Source: Prasinococcaceae sp. CCMP 1430
Lineage: Eukaryota; Plantae; Prasinodermophyta
Length of the DNA stretch: 64,000 nucleotides
NCBI GenBank assembly: GCA_013416795.1
Contig: RQSC01000630.1
Location: forward strand, 156,832 to 220,831
Direction: 5' to 3'
In this document: positions 54,566 to 64,000 of the stretch, piece by piece
How the letters are laid out: the number at the start of each line of letters is the position of its first letter
How positions within the stretch are numbered: the stretch's first letter is position 1
Notes under the pieces: model-generated
The model's input: the letters and a program-made list of their open reading frames with translations, nothing else
The model's database searches: none
What the model was told of the DNA's origin: nothing
Translations under genes and position numbers: made by a program

Positions 54566-55769
54566 GCGTTTTGATAACCCTCTTATCCACTCGCGCGCGC
54601 CGGAATCACCCGCTGCGCCGCACGGCGCGCGGCGCGCCGGAATTGATGGCGCCCCCGGCGCTGCTAACCCCGGTCCGATCGCTGTACGTAGGGGTCAAGG
54701 AACCACCCTCCCAGAAATACCCGGGTTAGAACGCGAGCGAAATCCGTTTGCCACGGGCGCTTTGGCCGAGCGAGGGGCCGTGTGGCGCAGCGCGCCGCTG
54801 CCTGCCGCCGCGAGGGAGCGCGCGCTGAGCGTGGTGATGGGTGCGGGCAGGTCGCAGGTCGCAGGCCGTCCTGGCGCTGCTCTCCCGTCGTTCAAGTTGA
54901 CACACTTCGCCTTAACGGACTGCTTCTAAGGTATACGCTTCGGCCGTGACCTCAGCGTCACCTCAGTCAGAGCCATCAGACGGTGGAGGCCTGCGATATG
55001 GCATACTGTATGCGCTGTCGCGCTCTGGATCCGTTGGGGTCTCGCCCTCGAGATCATCACGCGCGCCTGGCGGCCCAGCCTGCCGTTGGGATTTTTTAGG
55101 GGGGAGGCGGAGGGTCCTGGCCCGCAGGTCAATGTGAAGGCTCCCGCGCGCTGCGCCGGGCGCCGCCGCGCAACACGTCACCTCGCACGCACGTGTGCGC
55201 CGCACGCGCTCTGACGGGGCATCTCGGCAGACGCCCGATTGTTGCGAATCCTCTCGCCCGAACGAGGCGCTATATTCTGAAATGCGGCACAGTGAACCAG
55301 GAATCCATGCGGTATTCTGAGTGGAACCCCGGTGCGCGCGTGTCAACGGCCACGCGCCCGCACACACGTTGTTGATGTTTGTTCCGCACGGAGCGCCCGC
55401 GGCGTGCCATCACACGTCCCATCAACGTACACACCGATGCGCGCGCGCGATATCTTTTGATGAAGATTCTCCATGGCGCGGGCGCGAGGTCGGAACGCAC
55501 GCGGCGTTTTTTTTTTTTTTGGCCGCGCGGCGCATTTCGATTTCGCGCGGCCCGCGCGCTCCTCGCCGGCCGGCCGGGCGCGTCGCCGCTGCGTTCCGAT
55601 GGCATCTTCGGTTCGCATTTGTCGCGCGCTTCGGCTTTCGCTTCCGCTCCCGTTTTTTTTTGCGTCCCGCGGCGTCGGGGCGCGCGAAACGAGCGCCCAC
55701 CGAAAACACGCGCGGCGCCCCTTGCGGCGAACAGTGCGCGCGCCGCCGCGCCCGTGGCGCGGCGCATGC

Positions 55770-56763
55770 NNNNNNNNNNNNNNNNNNNNNNNNNNNNNNN
55801 NNNNNNNNNNNNNNNNNNNNNNNNNNNNNNNNNNNNNNNNNNNNNNNNNNNNNNNNNNNNNNNNNNNNNNNNNNNNNNNNNNNNNNNNNNNNNNNNNNNN
55901 NNNNNNNNNNNNNNNNNNNNNNNNNNNNNNNNNNNNNNNNNNNNNNNNNNNNNNNNNNNNNNNNNNNNNNNNNNNNNNNNNNNNNNNNNNNNNNNNNNNN
56001 NNNNNNNNNNNNNNNNNNNNNNNNNNNNNNNNNNNNNNNNNNNNNNNNNNNNNNNNNNNNNNNNNNNNNNNNNNNNNNNNNNNNNNNNNNNNNNNNNNNN
56101 NNNNNNNNNNNNNNNNNNNNNNNNNNNNNNNNNNNNNNNNNNNNNNNNNNNNNNNNNNNNNNNNNNNNNNNNNNNNNNNNNNNNNNNNNNNNNNNNNNNN
56201 NNNNNNNNNNNNNNNNNNNNNNNNNNNNNNNNNNNNNNNNNNNNNNNNNNNNNNNNNNNNNNNNNNNNNNNNNNNNNNNNNNNNNNNNNNNNNNNNNNNN
56301 NNNNNNNNNNNNNNNNNNNNNNNNNNNNNNNNNNNNNNNNNNNNNNNNNNNNNNNNNNNNNNNNNNNNNNNNNNNNNNNNNNNNNNNNNNNNNNNNNNNN
56401 NNNNNNNNNNNNNNNNNNNNNNNNNNNNNNNNNNNNNNNNNNNNNNNNNNNNNNNNNNNNNNNNNNNNNNNNNNNNNNNNNNNNNNNNNNNNNNNNNNNN
56501 NNNNNNNNNNNNNNNNNNNNNNNNNNNNNNNNNNNNNNNNNNNNNNNNNNNNNNNNNNNNNNNNNNNNNNNNNNNNNNNNNNNNNNNNNNNNNNNNNNNN
56601 NNNNNNNNNNNNNNNNNNNNNNNNNNNNNNNNNNNNNNNNNNNNNNNNNNNNNNNNNNNNNNNNNNNNNNNNNNNNNNNNNNNNNNNNNNNNNNNNNNNN
56701 NNNNNNNNNNNNNNNNNNNNNNNNNNNNNNNNNNNNNNNNNNNNNNNNNNNNNNNNNNNNNNN
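55770..56763. other. Assembly gap (994 N)
   Basis: Direct read. Confidence 1.
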
Positions 56764-56985
56764 GCGGATTTGCATTTGAACGCGGGCGCCGGCGGCGGCC
56801 GAACGGCCGCACGGACGGCGAGGGAGGGGCGCGCTGCTGCCGCCCGCGCGTGCCGTGCTGACGCAGCTCGATCACGCCGCACACCACCGCCACCGCCACC
56901 TACGCGCGCGCGCCGTGCCAACCTCCCCGCGCGCATCCCTTTTGACCTGCGCATTCAAATGAATGCACCGCCGCGCGCCGAGTAG

Positions 56986-57618
56986 AAGGTCGCCGAGGAG
57001 TGGAAGAAGATCACCGACAAGCAGAAGCAGAAGTACCAGAAGCTCGCCGACGACGACAAGGTTCGCTTCACCGAGGAGGAGGGTGAGTTCGCGCGCCGCC
57101 TGCGCACGCGCGGCGGCCGCGGCCCATGCAGTCGGCTGCGCGGGCGCGGTCGTCCGTCCCGTCCCCTGCCGGCGCGCTGACAGCTGCTGGCTCGCGCGCG
57201 CACAGGCGTGTGGAAGGCCGCGGGTGGCGTGAAGAAGTCCAAGAAGGTGCGTCGGCGGCAGTCGCGCACGCTTCTCCGCGCACGCGCGCGAATGCCCCGC
57301 GTGGTGTGCACAGCGCGCTGACCCCCGGCGGCTGCCCCTGCTGCCGCAACGCTCGAGCAGAAGAAGAACAAGAAGGCCAAGGACCCCAACGCCCCCAAGC
57401 GCCCGCAGACGGCCTTCTTCGCGTTCGCCGCGGCCAACCGCCCCAAGCTGCTCGAGGCAAACCCCGAGCTCAAGGGCAAGGTCACCCAGATCACCACCCT
57501 GCTGGGCGAGCGCTGGAGGAGCCTCACCGACGAGGAGAAGAAGCCCTTCGTCAAGGCGGCCATCCAGGACAAGGCGCGCTACGAGAAGCAGATGGCGACC
57601 TACGTCAAGCCCCAGTAG
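56986..57618 (+). CDS. HMG-box protein (two boxes), 3' exons; 5' part probably in the gap
   Basis: KVAEEWKKITDKQKQKYQKLADDDKVRF | GVWKAAGGVKKSKK | KKAKDPNAPKRPQTAFFAF..LGERWRSLTDEEKKPF..DKARYEKQM; two GT-AG introns. Confidence 0.92.
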
Positions 57619-58225
57619 AGCGGTCGCTTCCCGAAAGGAGCAAGGCCCGCGGCGGCCTTCTCTCTAGTCCATACCGCACGCGTGCGCATGAGGGCGCCCT
57701 CGCGCCGCGCCCACCCGGCGCGCCGTGCGCGCCCCTCAGGCGTGGCTGCGCATCACGAGTTGAGTGCCTCGCCGGAAAGACCAGTAATGCACTCCTCGCG
57801 TTCGATATACAATCGACATCCGAGCGCGAATGGTGAGCCACGCCCGCGCCATCGCCCACCCGCCGTACACGGTCTCGTGAGTCCAATTCGAGCCCCCGCG
57901 GTTGTAACGGCTCCCAGATCCGCCTTCCAAAATGCGCTTTCCGCGTTTTTTGAGTGCGCGATGACGTGCGTACCGAAAGCACGCCATCGAAAAAGCGAGC
58001 GGTTCCCCCCGAGTGCGCGCACGACAGCGCGAGTCGCGCCACTCCGCGCGCCGCCGCGCGCGCGCGCGCTGCGGACGGGAAAGGGGGGTTGGAGGTGGCT
58101 GAGGCGGGGACGGTGGTCCTGCACCAGATCCGGGGCTACTGCGTCACGAAGGCGGCGGTGGCGCCGCGGCTGCGCCGCTGTCGGGGCGGGGCTGGGCGCG
58201 CGTGTCGGCGGCAGCGCCTTGGTCG

Positions 58226-60289
58226 ATGGACGTGCACTCGCGGCTTGCGACGCGCGCGGCGGCGTACAAGGTCCTTGGCGTGCGGGCGGGCGCTGCGCTC
58301 ACGCCGAGGGCAGCGCGCGGCGCGTACCGCCGCGCGGCAGCGCGGTGCCACCCTGATGGCGCAGTGCCAAATGCCGTGGCTTTCGCGCGGCTTCAGGACG
58401 CGCTCGCTGATGTTCTCGCTGACCTCGAGGGGGCCAGGGACCCCCGTCGGTGCGCGAGGGATAACGACGAAGCCAATGCTGGCGAGTACGCGCATTCCGA
58501 GGAGGCCAACAGCGATGCCATGGGTGCGGATGCAGATATCACTGCAGGCACGACGCCGAGCTCGCCCACGGCACTCGCTGAGGCCGCGCGAAAGAAGGGC
58601 AACGCGGCGTACGCGGCAGGCGACGCGGCGAGCGCCGTCGAGCTGTACGCCGAAGCATTGTCATGGAGCCCGCGCGACGCTTCGGCACACTCTAATCTAT
58701 CGGCGGCAGCGCTTGCGGTGGGCGACGCGGCTGTGGCCGTGCGCGCTGCCGAAAGCGCCGCCGCGCTGCGGCCGACGTGGGCAAAGGCGCACTATCGCCT
58801 CGGTAAGGCAGCCGGAGCCGCAGGCGATAACGCCGCGAGTGCGGTGGCCTACCGCCGCGCGATAGAGATCGAACCGGCGCTCGCCGACGGTGAAGCCGGC
58901 GCGGCGCTCGCTCTCGCCGAAGCAGCAGCAGCGGGCGATGCGTGCCGTGCAGTGCTCATCGGTCATCGAGCGACCGTGTACGCGGCCGCGTTCGCGCCGG
59001 GCGGTCGGTTGCTGGCCACTGCCAGCCTCGACGGCACCGCGAGGTTGTGGGACGCGACGACAGGCCTGTGCATGCGCGCGCTCGCGGGTCACGAGGACAA
59101 GGTCACGCACGTCGCATGGGCGCCGGCTGGTAGGCAACTGCTCGCGACGGCTTCGGTTGACAGGTCGGTACGCTTGTGGGATTGCGTCGACATTGGGGCA
59201 GGTGTAGCGTGCGTGGCCGTGCTCGCGGGACACGAGGGCAGGCCCACCTCGCTCTCATGGGGCGCGTCGCATGTAGCAGGGGGCGAAGACGCGCCCGCCC
59301 TGCACCTCGTGACGTCATCGACTGATGGAACGGCGCGCCTGTGGGTGGAAGATGCTCCCGCCGGGGCGGCGAGTGCAGCAAACATGGGCGAAAATGCCAA
59401 GGGCGCGGAGGAAGGAAAGCCTGCGTGGCGCTGCGCGCGCGTGTACCGCCCGGGAAGGGAGGGCATCCTGCCTTGCGCCGCATACGAACCGTGCGAGCGC
59501 CTGGTGGCTGCAGTCTCAGGCAAGGCGGTGGACATGTGGCACGTGAAGCTGCCGACGCGGCCGTCAGAGGAGGAGCTGAGCACACAGGCGGCTCGGGGGG
59601 AGTGCGCGCTGGCAGAAGCGACGGACAATAGGGAGTCAGCCCTCGTGGCGGATGGCAGCATCGAGTGGCGTGAGGATGGACTAGTGCACCACGCGGCGTG
59701 GTCGCCGCCAGCCCAGCTCAACGCGTACGCTGGAGGTACGGGTAGCGCACGGCGCGTGCTCGCGACGTGTCACTACAAGGGCGAATGGGGCAGCGGGCGC
59801 GTGCTCGTGTGGGACGCGGCCAAGCTGCGCGGCGGCGCCCCTGCGGCCCCGTGCCGCCGCTTGGAGAACCTCCGAGGCAAGGCCGAGTGCGTGCACTTTG
59901 CTGCGATGCCAAGCTGCGAAGATGGCGGGCAGGACTGCGTGCTCATGTCCGTCGCGTGCTCGGACGGTACGGTGCGCGTGTTCGACGTAAGCGAGGGCGT
60001 CAATGTGCTTGAGCTCGTCGATGAGCACTCGCTTGGGCCGAACAAGGCTGCCTCTGTTCTCTCGTGCGCTCTTTGTGTGCGCGGCAACAGGGTACTGCTG
60101 GCAACAGGGGGTATCGACGGGCGCGTCAAAGTCTTTGACGGCGAGGAGGGCACCCGCCTCGCGAGCCTACCCGCGGGCACGGGCCATGTCAAGGCGCTGG
60201 CATGGTCGCCGGCGGGAGACGCGCTCGTGAGCGCCGGCACGAGTGACGGCGGTGCCAGGCTCTGGGATGCCAGTAATTGGTGGGAATAG
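58226..60289 (+). CDS. J-domain + TPR + WD40-repeat protein, intronless
   Basis: YKVLGV..AYRRAAARCHPD; TPRs ARKKGNAAYAAGD..A..LYAEAL, HSNLSAA, WAKAHYRLGKA; WD repeats LIGHRATVYAAAF..LATASLDGTARLWD, LAGHEDKV..VRLWD, ..ARLWD. Confidence 0.88.
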   Translation: MDVHSRLATRAAAYKVLGVRAGAALTPRAARGAYRRAAARCHPDGAVPNAVAFARLQDALADVLADLEGARDPRRCARDNDEANAGEYAHSEEANSDAMGADADITAGTTPSSPTALAEAARKKGNAAYAAGDAASAVELYAEALSWSPRDASAHSNLSAAALAVGDAAVAVRAAESAAALRPTWAKAHYRLGKAAGAAGDNAASAVAYRRAIEIEPALADGEAGAALALAEAAAAGDACRAVLIGHRATVYAAAFAPGGRLLATASLDGTARLWDATTGLCMRALAGHEDKVTHVAWAPAGRQLLATASVDRSVRLWDCVDIGAGVACVAVLAGHEGRPTSLSWGASHVAGGEDAPALHLVTSSTDGTARLWVEDAPAGAASAANMGENAKGAEEGKPAWRCARVYRPGREGILPCAAYEPCERLVAAVSGKAVDMWHVKLPTRPSEEELSTQAARGECALAEATDNRESALVADGSIEWREDGLVHHAAWSPPAQLNAYAGGTGSARRVLATCHYKGEWGSGRVLVWDAAKLRGGAPAAPCRRLENLRGKAECVHFAAMPSCEDGGQDCVLMSVACSDGTVRVFDVSEGVNVLELVDEHSLGPNKAASVLSCALCVRGNRVLLATGGIDGRVKVFDGEEGTRLASLPAGTGHVKALAWSPAGDALVSAGTSDGGARLWDASNWWE

Positions 60290-60334
60290 TATTCAGTATA
60301 CAGGTGCATTGCTAGTTGTACAGGGCAATTTCGG

Positions 60335-60816
60335 TCACGCGGCATAGTCATAGCAGCTCAGCCCCTCCGTGCACTCGATATTATCGTCAGCGCCCGCACC
60401 CATGAGGGCGTCGGCGAGCTCATGGTGCCCGCCCGCGAACGCCATGTGGAGTACGGTGTGACCTGACTTGTTTTGCGCATTGAGCAACGCGCCGGCGCCG
60501 GACGACAGCAACATACTCACGATCTCGCGATTGCCATACCTCGCAGCGACCATCAGCAACGTGTTTCCGCTCTCGTTTGTTGCGAGCGGGCCGCCGCGCA
60601 ACACTGGCAGGAGCTTGCGTAGGCGGTTGGGCTTGTTCCGCGCGGCGGCTTTGAATGCCTTCTTCAGCAAGGCGGCGGCGGCCGCGGCCGCATCGCCGCC
60701 CTCGTCGCCCACCGCCGAGCGGTACGTGCTCGCGAGCGTCGAGTCCGAGCGCGCGCTCACCATTTCGTCGAGATCACTGATCGCACTCCTGAAGGAATCC
60801 TGCTCGTAATATCCCA

Positions 60817-60849
<33 letters not shown>

Positions 60850-62080
60850 TCTGCTGCTCAAGCTGCCTAAAGTAGAGCTGCATCGGAGGTACCCCGCGCC
60901 CACGTCCACCCGGCCCGAAATTCGCCTGTATTTGCGTCGAGTACGGAAGCGCCTGCCCGCTGCCTGCTGCGCCTCCCCCAGCACCCAAGCGCTGGGCTTC
61001 GCCCACAGCGAGAGGTGGCACCGGAGGCTTACCGCCGCGACAACCTTCCAGGCCGCCGAGTCCCCCGTTGTGGGGAGACGGCGCCTGGCTGTGGTGCTGC
61101 GCGTGGGGCGGAGGAGGCGCGGTCTGTTGTTGGGGCTGCGCATACGCGCGCGAGGGCTGCTGCTGCTGCTGCTGCTGCTGGCCCGGGGGTGTGAGCAAGT
61201 CGTCGAGGGCGACCTGATGCATCGGCGTGGGCGTCGCCTCATCCACCCATTTTTGCCGCTCGTGCCGCTTCCAGCGAGCCTGCGGCGTGGCGTCTTCCAG
61301 CGATTCCTGTGGGAGCCTCTCCGCTGCGGCCAGCTGCCCGGCGACGGCCTGGCGTTGCGCCGCAATGGCCTCGCGGCGCTTGCGGAGGGTGACCATTTCC
61401 GGATCGTCGTCATCGTCTGAGACCAGCGCGCTTGTCGCACGAGCGGCCTTCACTTCCATCGTCAATGCCTCTCGACGCTGCCGCAGCTGCTCAAGTTCGC
61501 GCTGCTGCTTTTGCGATTGCTGTTGGTGCTGCTTTGGAGGCAGCGACTGCGATGTGGAGACGCTGCCCGTCCGCGGACTTGGCGCGGGGATCGGCGCCGC
61601 TGCCTTCGCACCGTGCAGCATTCGTAGGTGCGCACGTGCGCTGACCGCCGACGACGCCCCGTTATCCAGACGCGGGGTGAGATTCATCGTGCTCCCCACC
61701 AGCGCGGCCGCAGGCTCTGCTGCAAGCGGTGCGAGCGCGCCGTCGTCTTCACTGGCAACGGCGAGCGCTCTAGCCAGAGGGTTTGGACTGCCGCCTGCGC
61801 TGGATCCCCCCAGCGACTTCCTCGCCTTGGCCTGCCGCACGGCCTCCTCCATGCCGTCGCCGTCACTTTCCGACCCCGAGTCACCCCCATCGCCCTCCTC
61901 GTCCGACGACAGCTGTGGGCAGTCCACGCCCGGCGCGCTTCCCCCCATCGCGGCGTAGCTCACGCGCGAGAGGTCGAGCGACGGCAGCGGCGGCAGCCCG
62001 GCGAGGCTGCTAATCCCGCCGCGCGCGCCGCCGCCGCCGCCGCCGCCGCCGGAGGCGGCCGCGTCGTAAAGCGGAAGCAC
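60335..62080 (-). CDS. Ankyrin-repeat protein (C-terminal ANK, disordered poly-Q N-terminus); start uncertain
   Basis: NESGNTLLMVAARYGNREIVSMLLSSGA, NAQNKSGHTVLHMAFAGGHHELADALMGAGAD. Confidence 0.8.
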
Positions 62081-62719
62081 GCCGCAGCGCGCGTGGCCGC
62101 CCGGGGGCTCCGCGAGCGCGCGCGCGCTGTGGCGGGTGCACCGGTCGCCTACAAAAAAAAACTTTTCGGCTCATTTTCGTTCGAAAAGAAAGTGCCCACT
62201 TTTTTGGTGGGGGCGCGCGCGAAACGTTGCGCCGCGAAATCGCGGGGGGCGCGCGCCGCGCCGGAAATTGAAGTCGCGATACGAGGTAAAACCGCAACAG
62301 GGACGGAAAACGCGCCCGCGCATTTTGCATCCGTCCCCATACCCTGGCGCGGCGAGTGCGTTTGTGTTCGCCCAATCGGGAATTTAAGGTTGAAAGCAAC
62401 TAGGGTCCACATACATGGTCAAAACGCACGCTTTTGCCATTGGTGGCGATTTCAAACGCGCGCGACCGTTCGCGCGCGCGCGCGCGCGTGCGCGTAGGCG
62501 CGCGGGCAGGCCGCTGTGGCGCCACACTGCAGGCGGCGCACGCAGCGACCCAGCCTCGCGCGCGCACAGGACGGAGAAAAGAGCGGCGAGCTCGGGGTAT
62601 CCGACGCGTACGCGTGCGCGCGCGCGCGCGCGCGCGAGGAGACGCTCGCTTTTTGGGCCGGCCGTCCTTCTCGCCACTTGTTCTGTGCGCAGACGCAACG
62701 CCCAGCGAGTGCCGGCGTG

Positions 62720-63628
62720 ATGTCGAGCGCCCCGGCGAGGGCCGCCGTGCCCGGGGCGGGTGTGGCGATCAAGAAGCGCAAGCAATCCAAGGCCGCCGCC
62801 GCGGCGGCTGCTGCCGCGGCAGAGGCTGCCGCCGCCGCTTCCGTCGCCGCGCAGGCGCAAGCGGCCGCTGCGTTGCCCGCGCGCCGCGCCGGTGACGGTG
62901 CAGTCGCTTTGGTGCAGCACGTGCCCTACAACGGCGTTGACATGGCGGGCTACCCGATGCCGGCGCCCGGGGCGGCGCCGTTTCACGACGATCTCCCTAC
63001 GGACGCGAGTGAGGACCGCAGGCTCATGTCGCTGCTCGAGACGACATGTCGCGAGGAGCGAAACAATGTGTCGCTCGCATTTGCGGGCACGGCACCGGCG
63101 GCGGCGCCCGCTGTTGCTGAGGCACTCGACGAGTTCCTGCTGCAGGCGGAGGAGCTGCTCCTGCGGCGACGCGTGGCGGTGGGTCGCAACAGCGGCGGAG
63201 CACTGGAGGGGCGGCTCGAGGCGCACAAGGCGCAGCTGCGCGCGGCGCTCGCACAGTTCAAAGAGGAGGAGGCCGCGTGGACGAGGCTGGTCGAACAGCA
63301 GGAACACCTCGCAGCGGGGGCGGCGGAGCAGCAGCAGCAGGTGCGGGCGGCCGAGGTTGCGGCCGCGGGTGCCGTCGACGATGCGGCGGAGGGCATCCCC
63401 GAGAAGGGCACGCTCCCGGCGGCTGTTGGCGACGCAGAGCGTGCGATTGCGGCACAGGCCGATGCGCTCACTCAGATGGTGAACCAGGCTGAGGCCGCCG
63501 CAGACAATGCGGACGAGCGTGCAAAGGAGCTCGCCGTGCAGATGAGCAAGAACGCATTCGCGCCATTCGTACACGTGGACTCCCCCAATGTGCTCATCCG
63601 CAACCTCGTGAAGCGCGCCACGAGCTGA
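62720..63628 (+). CDS. Putative kinetochore Mis12-complex subunit DSN1/Mis13-like protein
   Basis: FHDDLPTDASEDRRLMSLL, coiled coils, C-terminal F..FVHVDSPNVLIRNL; resemblance judged from motif memory only. Confidence 0.5.
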   Translation: MSSAPARAAVPGAGVAIKKRKQSKAAAAAAAAAAEAAAAASVAAQAQAAAALPARRAGDGAVALVQHVPYNGVDMAGYPMPAPGAAPFHDDLPTDASEDRRLMSLLETTCREERNNVSLAFAGTAPAAAPAVAEALDEFLLQAEELLLRRRVAVGRNSGGALEGRLEAHKAQLRAALAQFKEEEAAWTRLVEQQEHLAAGAAEQQQQVRAAEVAAAGAVDDAAEGIPEKGTLPAAVGDAERAIAAQADALTQMVNQAEAAADNADERAKELAVQMSKNAFAPFVHVDSPNVLIRNLVKRATS

Positions 63629-64000
63629 GATGGAGGGCGCTGCGCGGTCGCTCTGTTCGGGGCCGGACGCGGGGATTAGACGCGCGTCAGGTGACCACCG
63701 CGCCGGCGCCGGCGGGGCTCATGACGGCGCGGCGGAGTGACGGTAACAGACACGAGGTGGGAGTGTGCTTCAAGAAGCGTGACGCGCGCGAGGCGGCTTT
63801 GGCGCGTAGCGCGGGCGCGCCAGAGCGGGCGAGGCCTCTATGCACAACTATGAATATACAACACTCGCCGCACTGTGCGCGCGCGGGCGGCAGTCTCACG
63901 GGAAGTAGACATCGAGCACAGGCCCGGTGCGCCTGCATATCGGGCACTTCCCGCGGAGCGTCGCCGCGCAGCGCTGGCACGCGCACAGGTGGCCACACTT

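Noticed and set aside
55270-56985. ORFs of about 500 aa
   Set aside because: They are open only because of the N gap.

Overview
Gene-dense, very GC-rich (about 70%, CpG-rich) nuclear DNA of a green alga. The evidence is short GT-AG introns with CTRAC-type branch points and nucleus-encoded plastid proteins (SufB, ChlM, FKBP16-3, uL18c); a prasinophyte-grade, Prasinoderma-like source is my inference. About 26 protein genes or gene fragments are recognisable. These include an F-box/CW-finger/SNF2 helicase, SLC35 transporter, FBXO7-like protein, flavodoxin-less diflavin-reductase module, PRMT5, PEP carboxylase, SufB, FKBP, uL18c, C2H2 protein, CCT7, ABM protein, CPSF100, golgin-84, HMG-box, J-TPR-WD40, ankyrin and DSN1-like proteins. 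The assembly is visibly patched: single-N joins at 19656, 24444 and 32672, a 994-N gap, a 274-nt poly-T, and several genes missing their 5' ends. Most notable: (1) an intronless PEPC whose motifs look proteobacterial rather than green-algal, in frame with the N-terminal half of the chlorophyll enzyme ChlM (real fusion or misjoin); (2) a recurrent intergenic palindrome ACCATCWGATGGT; (3) a putative thylakoid protein built on natural (EAAAK)n repeats; (4) unusual domain architectures. No rRNA, tRNA, CRISPR array or clear transposon was seen.
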